From a bacterium (lineage in GTDB: Bacteria > Patescibacteriota > Minisyncoccia > UBA6257 > UBA9933): a DNA stretch of 64,000 nucleotides. The position numbers were made by a program, and so were the translations under genes. A model generated the notes under the pieces. That model was not told the origin of the DNA and did no database searches. It was given only the letters and a program-made list of their open reading frames with translations. Location of the stretch: the NCBI GenBank assembly GCA_021796335.1, contig JAJYHZ010000001.1, positions 80,360-144,359 of the forward strand, in the 5' to 3' direction. Positions 36,107-45,517 of this stretch are shown in pieces (positions within the stretch are counted from its first letter, which is position 1; every line of letters starts with the position of its first letter).

Positions 36107-37149
36107 GGATGAAAGAAAAATGCCACGGCAATTATTATATAAGCCGTCAAAAGTTGGGCTCCTTCCAGCCAATTGCTTTCGCCGTCTTCTACAATCAAAT
36201 TGGCGATCATAACCGAAAGGACAATCGCTATAAGCTCAAACGGGTTGAATATAAGGCTCATCTGATTTCTAAAAAACAAACTTACCAAAACCAATATCGG
36301 AGCGATTAAAATCGCGATTTGGGTCGCCGACCCTATTGAAATTTGCAGGGCCAAGTCCATCCTGTTTTTAACTGCCATTGTTATCGCTGAGACATGCTCT
36401 GCGGCATTTCCGATTATCGCCACAAAAATAACACCGATAAAAAGCTCGGTCCATCCCAGATTTTTAACTACCGGTTCGATTGATCCCACTAGGATTTCGC
36501 TCATCCAGGCGACAGCTATAGTTGAAGCCAAGAGAATAATAATGCTTTTAGTTTTACTCCACTTAACTTCCGTTTTGCCAACTTCTTCAACATATAAATG
36601 TTTGTGAGTCTTCAGTGAAAACAAAATATTTCCGATATAAATTATTATCAATAAAATCGAGACCACGATACTTAATTCTTCAATAATTCTGCTTCCCGCA
36701 GTCGGCGCAGTTTGCAGAAAAATCGCTGGAATTACTAATGCGATGACAGTTAAAAGCAATGTGGATGCGCTTGCCATCGCGGCTGTTCTATTAAATTCCT
36801 GCTTTTTAAACTTTATGCCGCCCACAAACATTGCCGTTCCCAAAACCAAAAGAAGGTTCCCAATAATGGATCCGGTGATGGATGCTTTTACAACCTGAAT
36901 CAGTCCTGCTCTTATAGCAAAAATACTGATAATCAATTCCGTGGCATTTCCGAATGTCGCGCTCAAAAGTCCGCCAAAAGCCGGACCGCTATATGTGGCT
37001 AGTTCATCGGTTGCTTCGCCGATATATTTAGCCAGAGGAACGATAGAGAGAGCCGATATAAAAAATATTAAAAGAGGGGAAAGGTGCAAATAATTTGCGA
37101 TTAATGCCGCTGGAATAAAAATCAAAAATCCGGAAAATAATTTATCCAT
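36103..37149 (-). CDS. Ca2+/H+ antiporter (CaCA family, ChaA/Cax-like)
   Basis: two alpha-repeat motifs GNATELIISIFA and GNAAEHVSAITMA; 11 TM. Confidence 0.75.
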   Translation of the reverse strand: MDKLFSGFLIFIPAALIANYLHLSPLLIFFISALSIVPLAKYIGEATDELATYSGPAFGGLLSATFGNATELIISIFAIRAGLIQVVKASITGSIIGNLLLVLGTAMFVGGIKFKKQEFNRTAAMASASTLLLTVIALVIPAIFLQTAPTAGSRIIEELSIVVSILLIIIYIGNILFSLKTHKHLYVEEVGKTEVKWSKTKSIIILLASTIAVAWMSEILVGSIEPVVKNLGWTELFIGVIFVAIIGNAAEHVSAITMAVKNRMDLALQISIGSATQIAILIAPILVLVSLFFRNQMSLIFNPFELIAIVLSVMIANLIVEDGESNWLEGAQLLTAYIIIAVAFFFHP

Positions 37150-37168
37150 TGCTGTAATTCTGGTTGGC

Positions 37169-37576
37169 TTAATATAATTTTACTTTTCCCTCATTATCCA
37201 ATATTAATAATTCGGTTTCAATTGAAAGTTGTGGAAAACTTTTTTGAATAATTTCTTTAGCTTTTGCAAGTTCGTTTCCATGAAACTTAATTTCTTCTTT
37301 GGATGAACCGAATTCCTTACTGCCGCCATAAGCTCCGCAATCAATATGATTTGTTAGAATAATTTTTTGTGAATTGTGTAATTTCATTGAAATTCTGATA
37401 TTTTCCAAAAGTGCGGTTCGGTCTTCTTCTTCCAGCGGAGAGGTTAAATTTTTACTTGATCCGGCAATTTCAATCAAATCAAAATCGCCGTATTTATCGC
37501 GTAAAAGAGGAAGCGCTTGCGGCCAAAATCGGTAATCAATGCACGACAAAACGATTGACAAATCATTTTTCCCCAT
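37169..37576 (-). CDS. miniature beta-carbonic anhydrase-like protein (135 aa)
   Basis: CIDYR and HIDCGAYGG resemble the beta-CA zinc-ligand motifs CxDxR / HxxCG, but the protein is about 65 aa shorter than typical beta-CAs. Confidence 0.4.
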   Translation of the reverse strand: MGKNDLSIVLSCIDYRFWPQALPLLRDKYGDFDLIEIAGSSKNLTSPLEEEDRTALLENIRISMKLHNSQKIILTNHIDCGAYGGSKEFGSSKEEIKFHGNELAKAKEIIQKSFPQLSIETELLILDNEGKVKLY

Positions 37577-37620
37577 TGAAAAATCTTAACAAAAAATGCT
37601 AATATTTTAAATAATTTAAG

Positions 37621-37692
37621 GGCCGCGTAGCCAAGTGGTAAGGCGAGAGTCTGCAAAACTCTTATGCGTGAGTTCAATTCTCACCGCGGCCT
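37621..37692 (+). tRNA. tRNA-Cys (anticodon GCA)
   Basis: acceptor GGCCGCG/CGCGGCC, anticodon loop CTGCAAA, T-loop TTCAATT. Confidence 0.85.
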
Positions 37693-37739
37693 CAAAACTA
37701 ACTGACTAATGATTAACTAATCGGTTATTTGAATACTAT

Positions 37740-37825
37740 GCCCGGGTGGTGAAATGGTATACACGAAGGACTTAAAATCCTTTGCTCGAAAGGGCGTGTG
37801 GGTTCGAGTCCCACCCCGGGCACCA
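37740..37825 (+). tRNA. tRNA-Leu (anticodon TAA), long variable arm, CCA encoded
   Basis: acceptor GCCCGGG/CCCGGGC, anticodon loop CTTAAAA, T-loop TTCGAGT. Confidence 0.85.
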
Positions 37826-37934
37826 CAATCAAACTTTCAGGAATTTTCCCGACCGATTCGGCCGCGCGAAGCGCGCCGTCAGTCCCGCTCGAAAAAGGTT
37901 CGGATTTTATCAAACAAACATACTGTTCACTGTT

Positions 37935-38537
37935 ATGAAATATGAATTTATAGCCGTAGATATTCAAAATGAATTTGCTGCTAAGGGCGGAAAGTTTTAT
38001 TCTCCTAAACCCTCAATTGTATTTCTTAATAAAACTTTATTCCCATTTTTCAAAAAGCACACTATTAAAATAAACGAGATAATTTCTGATTATCGTCAAC
38101 CAAGGCCTGGCGATGGCGGTGATGGTTGTTATCCGGGTGAATGGGGTTATCAGTCCTTAATTCCCGATAATTTAAGGAAATCGCTTTGGATTAAATGTAT
38201 GAACTCGCCGATTTGGATCAGAAAATATATCGGAATCAAAAGTAAAAAACCGGGTCTGCCATATCCTGATTCAAATGCATTTGGGAAGTGGATAGAAAAG
38301 AACATCGGAAAACCAAATGAAATAATCCCGGTTATTTTTGGATTAACCATTGATTGTTGTGTTTTATCAGTTATTCAAGAATTTAAATGGAGAGGTTTTA
38401 AGTCAATAATAATAAAAGAAGCTATTGATCATGCGAGTGGTAAAGAAAAGGATAAAAATGCAGTCTTAAATAAAACCGCAATAAATTGGTGGGCAAAGGT
38501 AATGAAATGGAATGAATTTATTAAAACCATAAAATAA
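37935..38537 (+). CDS. isochorismatase-family hydrolase (cysteine hydrolase); ORF-track start 37782 overlaps the tRNA and is rejected
   Basis: N-terminal IAVDIQNEF (D-x-Q-N-x-F) and GLTIDCCV catalytic Cys context. Confidence 0.55.
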   Translation: MKYEFIAVDIQNEFAAKGGKFYSPKPSIVFLNKTLFPFFKKHTIKINEIISDYRQPRPGDGGDGCYPGEWGYQSLIPDNLRKSLWIKCMNSPIWIRKYIGIKSKKPGLPYPDSNAFGKWIEKNIGKPNEIIPVIFGLTIDCCVLSVIQEFKWRGFKSIIIKEAIDHASGKEKDKNAVLNKTAINWWAKVMKWNEFIKTIK

Positions 38538-38545
38538 AAAAAGAG

Positions 38546-38896
38546 CTACCTAGCTCTTTTTTTATTTTTCTTCTTGCTTTCAATGAGTAATTTTTCAATT
38601 TTCCCGGCTTCTTCTGGACCGTAATCAATTTCAAATCTTATTTGGGGCAAAGTATTTATGCGAATTTTTTTCATTAATAAATACTGAATTTGATTTCGAT
38701 TTTTACCCAAGTATTTTAAAATGTCTGGAGCTTTTTCCGAAGGAATCAGGCTGAATTTCACTTTTGCGGTTTTATATTCTTTGTCGGACTCAACTCCGGT
38801 AATTGTCACCAACGCGTCAAACTCAAATTCTTTTAGTAGTATTTTTGAAAGTTCTTCTCGTATCAAACTTTCTAAACGTTCTTTTTTGTATGCCAT
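38546..38896 (-). CDS. rbfA: ribosome-binding factor A
   Basis: KH-like RbfA sequence (ERLESLIREELSKIL...VTITGVE...KTAKVKFSL) directly downstream of infB. Confidence 0.85.
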   Translation of the reverse strand: MAYKKERLESLIREELSKILLKEFEFDALVTITGVESDKEYKTAKVKFSLIPSEKAPDILKYLGKNRNQIQYLLMKKIRINTLPQIRFEIDYGPEEAGKIEKLLIESKKKNKKRAR

Positions 38897-38952
38897 ATTT
38901 GTTTACTATCACGCATGATAGTACGCTAAATTTAAATTTGGGTTTTTTGAAT

Positions 38953-40407
38953 TTATCTGTAGTACAAAAGATGATCGCCGATTTCGATTACATTTCCGGA
39001 TTCAACTAATATTCCGCATTCATTCGGAGAATTTACCTGCAAAACTTCTTGTTTGCCTTGTCTGAGATTCGCTATTCTCGCTGATCCGATTCCTTCTCCG
39101 TCCCTGATTATTTTTATGGGAATATTTACTTTTATAAAGCCGTTTAAAACTTTTCCGCCTATTAGTTGGGTTTTGCCTTTATGACTGAATTTCGCCAAAA
39201 TTTCCACTTCGCCCAACGGCGCCGGTTTTTCAATGGCTTTCATTTCATCTTCAATGGATTTAACTAATTCGTAAATTATTTTACTTGTGATGATTTTAAT
39301 GTCCTGGGATTTTGCCAAATTTTCCGCTGCTTTATTAGGCTTGTTATTAAATCCGATTATAATTGCTCCATTTGTTGCTGCCCCTTTTACGTCTCCGTCA
39401 GTTATTTCTCCGACTGATTCTGATAAGATATTTATTCTGACTGCTTCTTGCGGGAGGTTTTTAATGATGCTGACCATAGCTTCCAATGACCCGCTGACAT
39501 CAGCCTTCATAATAAGATTTAAAGACGGTCTTTTGTCTGCCGGCTCGATTCCAGTCATTTTTCTGATCCGGGTTTGTTCTTTGGTTTGCGCAATAATCGG
39601 TTCGATATCTCCGGAAGTGAATTCTTCGCCAATCTCCGGTAAAGTGTCAAAACCTAAAATCAAAGCAGGGGATGAAGGAATAAGTTGATTTACCCGTTCT
39701 CCCGCGAAATTTTCTAGCACTTTTACTTTTCCGCAGGCATGCGGGGTTGAAATATATTTTCCGGATTTCAAAATCCCGTCCTTTAATATCCCGATTGCGG
39801 TTATTCCTCTTCTGCTGTCCAATTTCGCCTCTATTATTATTCCTTTCGCGTCCGCTTGCGTATCGTAAGTTAGATTTTCCAAATCAGCCGCCAAAATTAT
39901 TAAATCCAGCAGCTCGTTTACGCCGTTTCCTTGCTTGGCGGAAATTTGCTGCCAGCTTATATTGCCTCCGAACCCCTCAAGATAAACTTCATTTTGCATT
40001 AAATCGTTTTTTGTTTTTTCAACATCCGCATTGGGTTTGTCGACTTTGTTGATTGCAACAATAAAAGGAGTTTTTGTTTCCTTTAAAATCTGGATTGATT
40101 CTTTTGTCTGCGGCTGTACGCCGTCATCTGCTGCAACGATTAAAATCGCTAAATCTGCAACCTGAGCTCCGCGCGCGCGCATTTTTGAAAACGCTTCATG
40201 TCCGGGAGTATCTATAAAGGTAATTATTTTCCCGTTGTGAAAAATTTCATAAGCTCCGATTGACTGGGTGATTCCTCCTGCTTCGCGAGCCGCCACATTT
40301 GTTTTTTTAATGTAATCCAAAAGAGTGGTCTTTCCATGGTCAACATGGCCCATCACAACTACAACAGGCGAACGCGGTAACAATTTTTTTTCTTGTGTTT
40401 CTGCCAT
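38953..40407 (-). CDS. infB: translation initiation factor IF-2, minimal form (484 aa) lacking the N-terminal domains
   Basis: G-domain begins at residue 17 (VVVMGHVDHGKTTLLD), NKVD G4 motif, C-terminal beta-barrels. Confidence 0.9.
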   Translation of the reverse strand: MAETQEKKLLPRSPVVVVMGHVDHGKTTLLDYIKKTNVAAREAGGITQSIGAYEIFHNGKIITFIDTPGHEAFSKMRARGAQVADLAILIVAADDGVQPQTKESIQILKETKTPFIVAINKVDKPNADVEKTKNDLMQNEVYLEGFGGNISWQQISAKQGNGVNELLDLIILAADLENLTYDTQADAKGIIIEAKLDSRRGITAIGILKDGILKSGKYISTPHACGKVKVLENFAGERVNQLIPSSPALILGFDTLPEIGEEFTSGDIEPIIAQTKEQTRIRKMTGIEPADKRPSLNLIMKADVSGSLEAMVSIIKNLPQEAVRINILSESVGEITDGDVKGAATNGAIIIGFNNKPNKAAENLAKSQDIKIITSKIIYELVKSIEDEMKAIEKPAPLGEVEILAKFSHKGKTQLIGGKVLNGFIKVNIPIKIIRDGEGIGSARIANLRQGKQEVLQVNSPNECGILVESGNVIEIGDHLLYYR

Positions 40408-40510
40408 AAGATAAGTAAATTAAATGCCCAAAGTTGTACTTTGGACTTCGATATTATAAACTTAGCAAAGAAATTAAAAATAATCAATCATTTTTTGTAA
40501 AGGAGGAAAG

Positions 40511-40714
40511 TTGAAAAAGAAATACGAAAATATAATTTATACTGACGGGACGAAAGGGAAAATTCGTTTAAGCGACGGGTTTGATGTAAAAAATCCCACA
40601 TATCCGTGGTTTTGTAAGATATGCGGAAAAGAATATCCGGAGGTTGAAGTATGTTGCGGCCAAATAACAGTGACCGCAGCGCCTCCGTATATCAGCATGG
40701 AATATATGTGGTAA
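40511..40714 (+). CDS. zinc-ribbon small protein (67 aa, TTG start)
   Basis: AGGAGG SD; CKICGK...CCGQ cysteine pairs. Confidence 0.4.
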   Translation: MKKKYENIIYTDGTKGKIRLSDGFDVKNPTYPWFCKICGKEYPEVEVCCGQITVTAAPPYISMEYMW

Positions 40715-40737
40715 TTAAGACGCAAAGGAGGGAGATT

Positions 40738-40875
40738 ATGGAAAGCGGAGAAGAGGATGGTATTGTCATTGAAGGAGAAGAAATATCGGGTGACGAATTT
40801 CAGGATAATGATTTTCTCCTGAAAAAACCTTTAACAACGCCAATAATTCCGCCGCCTGGCTGTGTTTTTATTTAA
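40738..40875 (+). CDS. small acidic protein (45 aa)
   Basis: strong SD AAAGGAGGGAG before ATG; terminator hairpin follows. Confidence 0.4.
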   Translation: MESGEEDGIVIEGEEISGDEFQDNDFLLKKPLTTPIIPPPGCVFI

Positions 40876-40889
40876 GAAATTAATTTAAT

Positions 40890-40908
40890 GGGAGCCTTAT
40901 AGGCTCCC
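40890..40908 (+). terminator. terminator GGGAGCC-TTAT-AGGCTCCC
   Basis: 8-bp perfect stem plus T-rich tail. Confidence 0.6.
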
Positions 40909-40926
40909 ATTCTTTTCTCCCAAATT

Positions 40927-41436
40927 CTAATTACCAATTACTGCTAATTGTTTTATAAACCTCTTCGCCATTACAATATCGTAATCAGGTCTTGAAAGCA
41001 GTTCTAATTTATGTTCAACAACTCCCTTTAAAATAGAATTTAATTCCGGATTGTCAGCCGCATGAATTATATTTCCGTTCCCCGTGTAAATCGCCAAATG
41101 GCCGATATAGATTTTTCTTCCCGGAAATAATTTATGATGATAATGTCCTTTTGTTCCTTCAAAAAATAAAATATCTCCGGGCTGAATTTGATCAGCAGGA
41201 ATTTCTTCTCCTAATTCCGAAGCTGCTTGCAAGATAGAAGAGCGGGGAATTTCGATTCCGATTTGTTTAAATAAATATTGCGAGAAAGAAGAGCAGTCAA
41301 AACCATCCGGTTTTTCGCCGTTGTCTGCTTGGTTGTAGGCTCCATATTTATATGGGGTGCCAATAAAACTTCGTGCAATTTCAACTAATCTTTTAACTTT
41401 TTCTTCTTTATTTGTAATTTGGGTTCCTTGTAGCAT
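40927..41436 (-). CDS. NlpC/P60 family cell-wall peptidase
   Basis: catalytic Cys context GFDCSSFSQYLF and downstream His (IYIGHLAIYTG). Confidence 0.7.
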   Translation of the reverse strand: MLQGTQITNKEEKVKRLVEIARSFIGTPYKYGAYNQADNGEKPDGFDCSSFSQYLFKQIGIEIPRSSILQAASELGEEIPADQIQPGDILFFEGTKGHYHHKLFPGRKIYIGHLAIYTGNGNIIHAADNPELNSILKGVVEHKLELLSRPDYDIVMAKRFIKQLAVIGN

Positions 41437-42130
41437 GGAAACTTTGATTATTAGAATTTGGAAATTCCTGGATAAAATTTAGAGCATTTTCATTTTTTAA
41501 TTCTTCTAAAACCTCTTTTAGAATTTTGTGGACCCGTTTTATGTAAATTTTATCATAATTTCCGGTTTGGCGCGGATTAACTGATTTATTATTTAAATAA
41601 TAACCGCAACCGTCAATGTCAAAACTTTGCCCCTTTGAATGCGAACTTCCTTCCAAAGCAAGCTTGCCCCGGCTGATTAGATCCTTCTGATATTCCCTGC
41701 TTATTAAAAGGTTGGTAATCGCCAATTTGATTTCTTCAGGCAGATTTTCAGCGCGCATTTTTTCTCTCCATCTTTGGCCGACTTTCTTTAATAATAAGGC
41801 TGTTTCTTTCGGCAAATACGGCTGCCACTCCGTAAACTCGTCGCTTTCCAGCCTCATTATTAATTTTAAATTTTCATCGGAATTGATTTCAACTAAATTA
41901 CCGTTATTTATATCCGAAATAATTTGATTTAAATTTTCATAAGCAGGCGAATTAACCCACCAATTTTTTTCATTTTCAACATCACTCTTTATTGAATTAA
42001 AATCCTGCTCCTTAGCTTTTTTGTTCGAAGTAAAAAGCAAATCCTTCAAAAGATTTTTATCTTCTTCGTTTGAAAGGGAAATTAGAGTGCCTTCCAGAAA
42101 TTTCTTTTTAATTTCATCGCTTTTATTCAT
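41408..42130 (-). CDS. hypothetical protein (240 aa)
   Basis: intact ORF overlapping the NlpC/P60 gene by 29 nt (likely co-transcribed). Confidence 0.4.
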   Translation of the reverse strand: MNKSDEIKKKFLEGTLISLSNEEDKNLLKDLLFTSNKKAKEQDFNSIKSDVENEKNWWVNSPAYENLNQIISDINNGNLVEINSDENLKLIMRLESDEFTEWQPYLPKETALLLKKVGQRWREKMRAENLPEEIKLAITNLLISREYQKDLISRGKLALEGSSHSKGQSFDIDGCGYYLNNKSVNPRQTGNYDKIYIKRVHKILKEVLEELKNENALNFIQEFPNSNNQSFHATRNPNYK

Positions 42131-42222
42131 TAATGTGATTGTATTTCATTTCTTTATTTAAAATCAAACCGAATTAGAAAGTTAAGGGTTTACAAAAAGC
42201 AGATATTTGTTTACTATAAGTA

Positions 42223-42296
<74 letters not shown>

Positions 42297-42310
42297 CATT
42301 TTTTTAAATA

Positions 42311-42332
42311 AAATCCGCGCGCATGCGGATTT
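42311..42332. terminator. hairpin AAATCCGC-GCGCAT-GCGGATTT between the two CAT tRNAs
   Basis: 8-bp stem flanked by T-runs on both strands. Confidence 0.5.
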
Positions 42333-42380
42333 TATTTTCTTGAAAATTATTTAATTTTTAAGCTATACTTTTTCAAACGC

Positions 42381-42452
42381 GTCGGCGTAGCTCAGTGGTA
42401 GAGCGAGGGACTCATAAACCCTAGGCCGGAGGTCCGATTCCTCCCGCCGACA
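42381..42452 (+). tRNA. second tRNA with CAT anticodon (elongator Met or Ile2/lysidine type)
   Basis: acceptor GTCGGCG/CGCCGAC, anticodon loop CTCATAA, unusual T-loop TCCGATT. Confidence 0.75.
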
Positions 42453-42507
42453 CACTTGTTATAAAAACTGCCCCACCGAAATGGCAGGGCAGAAGAAATA
42501 TTTGAGA

Positions 42508-43002
42508 TTAGTGGTCCCAAACGGGAATTGCCTTTTCAAACAGTTTGAATAAGTCTCTCGCATATTTCGAGAGATTATCTGAATTCAGATCGTAATCTCC
42601 CTTGAGATAACGATCTAGGATTTTGAGATCAAAAGCCGCGCTCTTAAGATACTTTGATGCAAGGGGGTGGAAATTCCCTTCGGAAAGAAGGCAAAGGGTA
42701 TGCAGGGTTAGCCCGTAGTCTTCCAAACGCCAAACAGGGCCAGCCAGAGACATTAAGGCATAGTGTATAACCTTAGTCTTATTGGGTTCCGGCGTTTCTT
42801 CCTCTTCAATAACAGTAGCAAGAGTATCGCCTAGAACTCTGATTGGGTAATCACGCTCGGAATTAAACGAATTAAGTATTTTATCATTTTCCGCCTTGAC
42901 AGCTTCGCGGAAAAAAATATTATCTATCATAACTCCGATTACCGGCCAATTTGAATAAAGCATAAATAAAACTTCTCCCGGTTCATAAGGTTTTCTTTTC
43001 AA
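42508..43002 (-). CDS. hypothetical protein (164 aa)
   Basis: intact ORF. Confidence 0.4.
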   Translation of the reverse strand: MKRKPYEPGEVLFMLYSNWPVIGVMIDNIFFREAVKAENDKILNSFNSERDYPIRVLGDTLATVIEEEETPEPNKTKVIHYALMSLAGPVWRLEDYGLTLHTLCLLSEGNFHPLASKYLKSAAFDLKILDRYLKGDYDLNSDNLSKYARDLFKLFEKAIPVWDH

Positions 43003-43118
43003 TTCTCACCTCCAAGGTATATTTTAAATATAATGCTCTGAGTCTATTTAAATATCAATTTTTGAATTAGTCAATGGATTGAAAATTCAGAAAAAATAAC
43101 CTAAACTATTCAGTAATC

Positions 43119-44360
43119 ATGCGCCAATCACAATTATTTACAAAAACAAAAAGAGAAGCTCCAAAAGACGAAGAATCAATTAATGCGCAACTTCTTATTC
43201 GCGCTGGTTATGTTGATAAGTTAATGGCAGGTGTTTACACTTTTTTGCCTCTTGGTTTCCGCGTTTTAAAAAAAATTGAAAAAATAATTCGCGAAGAAAT
43301 GGAAAATTTGGGTGGTCAAGAAATTTTAATGCCAGCCCTTCAATCAAAGTCAAACTGGGAAACAACCGGCCGATGGGATGCTTTAGATTCTTTAATTAAA
43401 TTCACAACCTTTTACACTAAAAATGAATATGCTCTTGGTCCAACTCATGAAGAAATAGTTTCTCCCTTAATGAAAAAATTTATTCTTTCTTATAAAGATT
43501 TGCCGACCGCAGTTTTCCAAATACAGGACAAATTTAGAGACGAAAAGCGAGCTAAATCCGGACTTTTGCGTGGCCGCGAATTTATTATGAAAGATTTGTA
43601 TTCTTTCCATAAAAATTCTGAAGATTTAGATAGATATTACGAAAAATCAAAAAAAGTTTATGCAAATATTTTTAAAAAAGTGGGATTGGGCAAAATTACT
43701 TTTTTAACATTTGCTTCTGGCGGAACATTTTCAAAATATTCCCATGAATTTCAGACATTAACTCTAGCCGGAGAAGATATTATTTACATTTGCGAAAAAT
43801 GCAATGTTGCAATTAATAAAGAAATTATTAACGAACAAAACTCCTGTCCTCAATGCGGTGCAAAAGATTTAAAAGAAGAAAAAGCAGTTGAAGTCGGAAA
43901 CATTTTTAAGCTCAACACTAAATATTCCAAACCATTTAATTTGGTTTATAAAGACGAAAAAGGAACCGAACAAGATGTGATTATGGGTTGTTATGGAATT
44001 GGGTTAAGTCGTTTAATGGGAGCGATCGTTGAAGCTCTTCATGACGAAAGAGGAATTATTTGGCCTGGATCAGTTGCTCCATTTAAAGTTCATTTGCTTA
44101 GCTTGAAATCGCAAAATTCGAAAGTTAAGGTATTTGCTGAAAAAATTTACAAAGATTTACAGAAAGAAGGAATTGAGGTACTATTTGATGATCGAGATGA
44201 AGTCACTATTGGCGAGAAATTTGCAGATAGCGATTTGATTGGAATTCCATATAGAGCGGTTATAAGCGATAAAACAGGAACTAAAATTGAACTTAAAAAA
44301 CGTAGCGAAAGCAAAACGAAGTTAATAACTGGAAAAGACTTGATTAAATTCTTAAAATAA
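43119..44360 (+). CDS. proS: proline--tRNA ligase, short form without editing (INS) domain
   Basis: N-terminus MRQSQLFTKTKREAPKDEESINAQLLIRAGYVDKLMAGVYTFLPLGFRVL closely parallels bacterial ProRS; class II motifs; 413 aa. Confidence 0.8.
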   Translation: MRQSQLFTKTKREAPKDEESINAQLLIRAGYVDKLMAGVYTFLPLGFRVLKKIEKIIREEMENLGGQEILMPALQSKSNWETTGRWDALDSLIKFTTFYTKNEYALGPTHEEIVSPLMKKFILSYKDLPTAVFQIQDKFRDEKRAKSGLLRGREFIMKDLYSFHKNSEDLDRYYEKSKKVYANIFKKVGLGKITFLTFASGGTFSKYSHEFQTLTLAGEDIIYICEKCNVAINKEIINEQNSCPQCGAKDLKEEKAVEVGNIFKLNTKYSKPFNLVYKDEKGTEQDVIMGCYGIGLSRLMGAIVEALHDERGIIWPGSVAPFKVHLLSLKSQNSKVKVFAEKIYKDLQKEGIEVLFDDRDEVTIGEKFADSDLIGIPYRAVISDKTGTKIELKKRSESKTKLITGKDLIKFLK

Positions 44361-44405
44361 AGTTAAGTTGAGCTTATTAACTCAACTAAAATTTAAGTTG
44401 CTAAA

Positions 44406-45443
44406 ATGTTAAATTATTTCAAAAAAGATATTGGAATTGATTTAGGCACTGCCAACTCTCTTCTATATATAAAGGAAAGGGGGATTGTCATCAGCGAACC
44501 TTCCATTGCGGCTATTAATAATAAAACCGGCCAGATCGTTGCCATCGGCGAAGATGCCAAAAAAATGCTTGGCCGCACTCCCGCACACATTTCCGTAATC
44601 AAGCCGCTGGTAAACGGAGTTATTTCCGATTTTGAAATGACTCAAGAAATGCTGCGTCATTTTTTGAAAAAAATTAACGACAATAAATTTTTTAACTATT
44701 ATCGCGCGGTTGTCGGCGTTCCTCCGAACCTTACCGAAGTTGAAAGAAAATCTGTCGAAGATGCCGTTATTAATGCCGGAGCTGCTAAGGCGTTTTTAGT
44801 GGAAGAGCCCGTTGCCGCCGCATTGGGCGCCCGTCTCCCCATTAGTGAGGCGATTGCCACCATGGTTGTCGATATCGGAGGAGGTACAACAGATATAGCC
44901 ATTATTTCCATGAACGGATCGGTTATCAGCAAAAGCTTGAAGGTTGCCGGCGATAAATTTAACGATGACATTGTCCGTTTCATTCGCGACGAATTCAAAT
45001 TATTAATCGGCGAGCCCACTGCCGAAGAATTGAAAAAAGCGGTCGGGTCGGCTATTCCTTTGGAAGAAAGATTAGAATTGCCTATTCGCGGCCGCGACAT
45101 GGGAACCGGTTTGCCTAGGGAAATTATTGTAAAAAACACCCAGATTCGCGCAGCTATTAGCAGATCATTGCGCTTGATCGTGGATGCAATTAAAGAAGTT
45201 ATCGAAAAAACTCCGCCTGAACTGGTCGGAGATATTTACAGGCGCGGAATTTATATTTGCGGAGGAGGGAGCTTGTTGCGAGGAATTGACCAATTAGTTG
45301 AAAAAGAAGTTCTAGTCCCGGTTAATGTTATTGAAGAGCCGCTGACTGCCGTTGTTCGCGGCACCGGGGTTATTGCCGAAGATATTGAAAATTATTCTCA
45401 GCTTTTTGCCACATCTCTTAAGCCGCTTGATATTAGCATTTGA
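44406..45443 (+). CDS. mreB: rod shape-determining protein MreB
   Basis: actin-fold phosphate motifs IGIDLGTANS and DIGGGTTDIA. Confidence 0.9.
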   Translation: MLNYFKKDIGIDLGTANSLLYIKERGIVISEPSIAAINNKTGQIVAIGEDAKKMLGRTPAHISVIKPLVNGVISDFEMTQEMLRHFLKKINDNKFFNYYRAVVGVPPNLTEVERKSVEDAVINAGAAKAFLVEEPVAAALGARLPISEAIATMVVDIGGGTTDIAIISMNGSVISKSLKVAGDKFNDDIVRFIRDEFKLLIGEPTAEELKKAVGSAIPLEERLELPIRGRDMGTGLPREIIVKNTQIRAAISRSLRLIVDAIKEVIEKTPPELVGDIYRRGIYICGGGSLLRGIDQLVEKEVLVPVNVIEEPLTAVVRGTGVIAEDIENYSQLFATSLKPLDISI

Positions 45444-45517
45444 ATCAGCTAATATCGAATGGCTTATGACTTATGGCAAATTCGCTTTTTTATTGGCTAT
45501 TTGCGGTTAGTTAAATT

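Noticed and set aside
37782-37934. N-terminal extension of the isochorismatase-like ORF
   Set aside because: It overlaps tRNA-Leu. The internal ATG at 37935 gives a normal-length protein.
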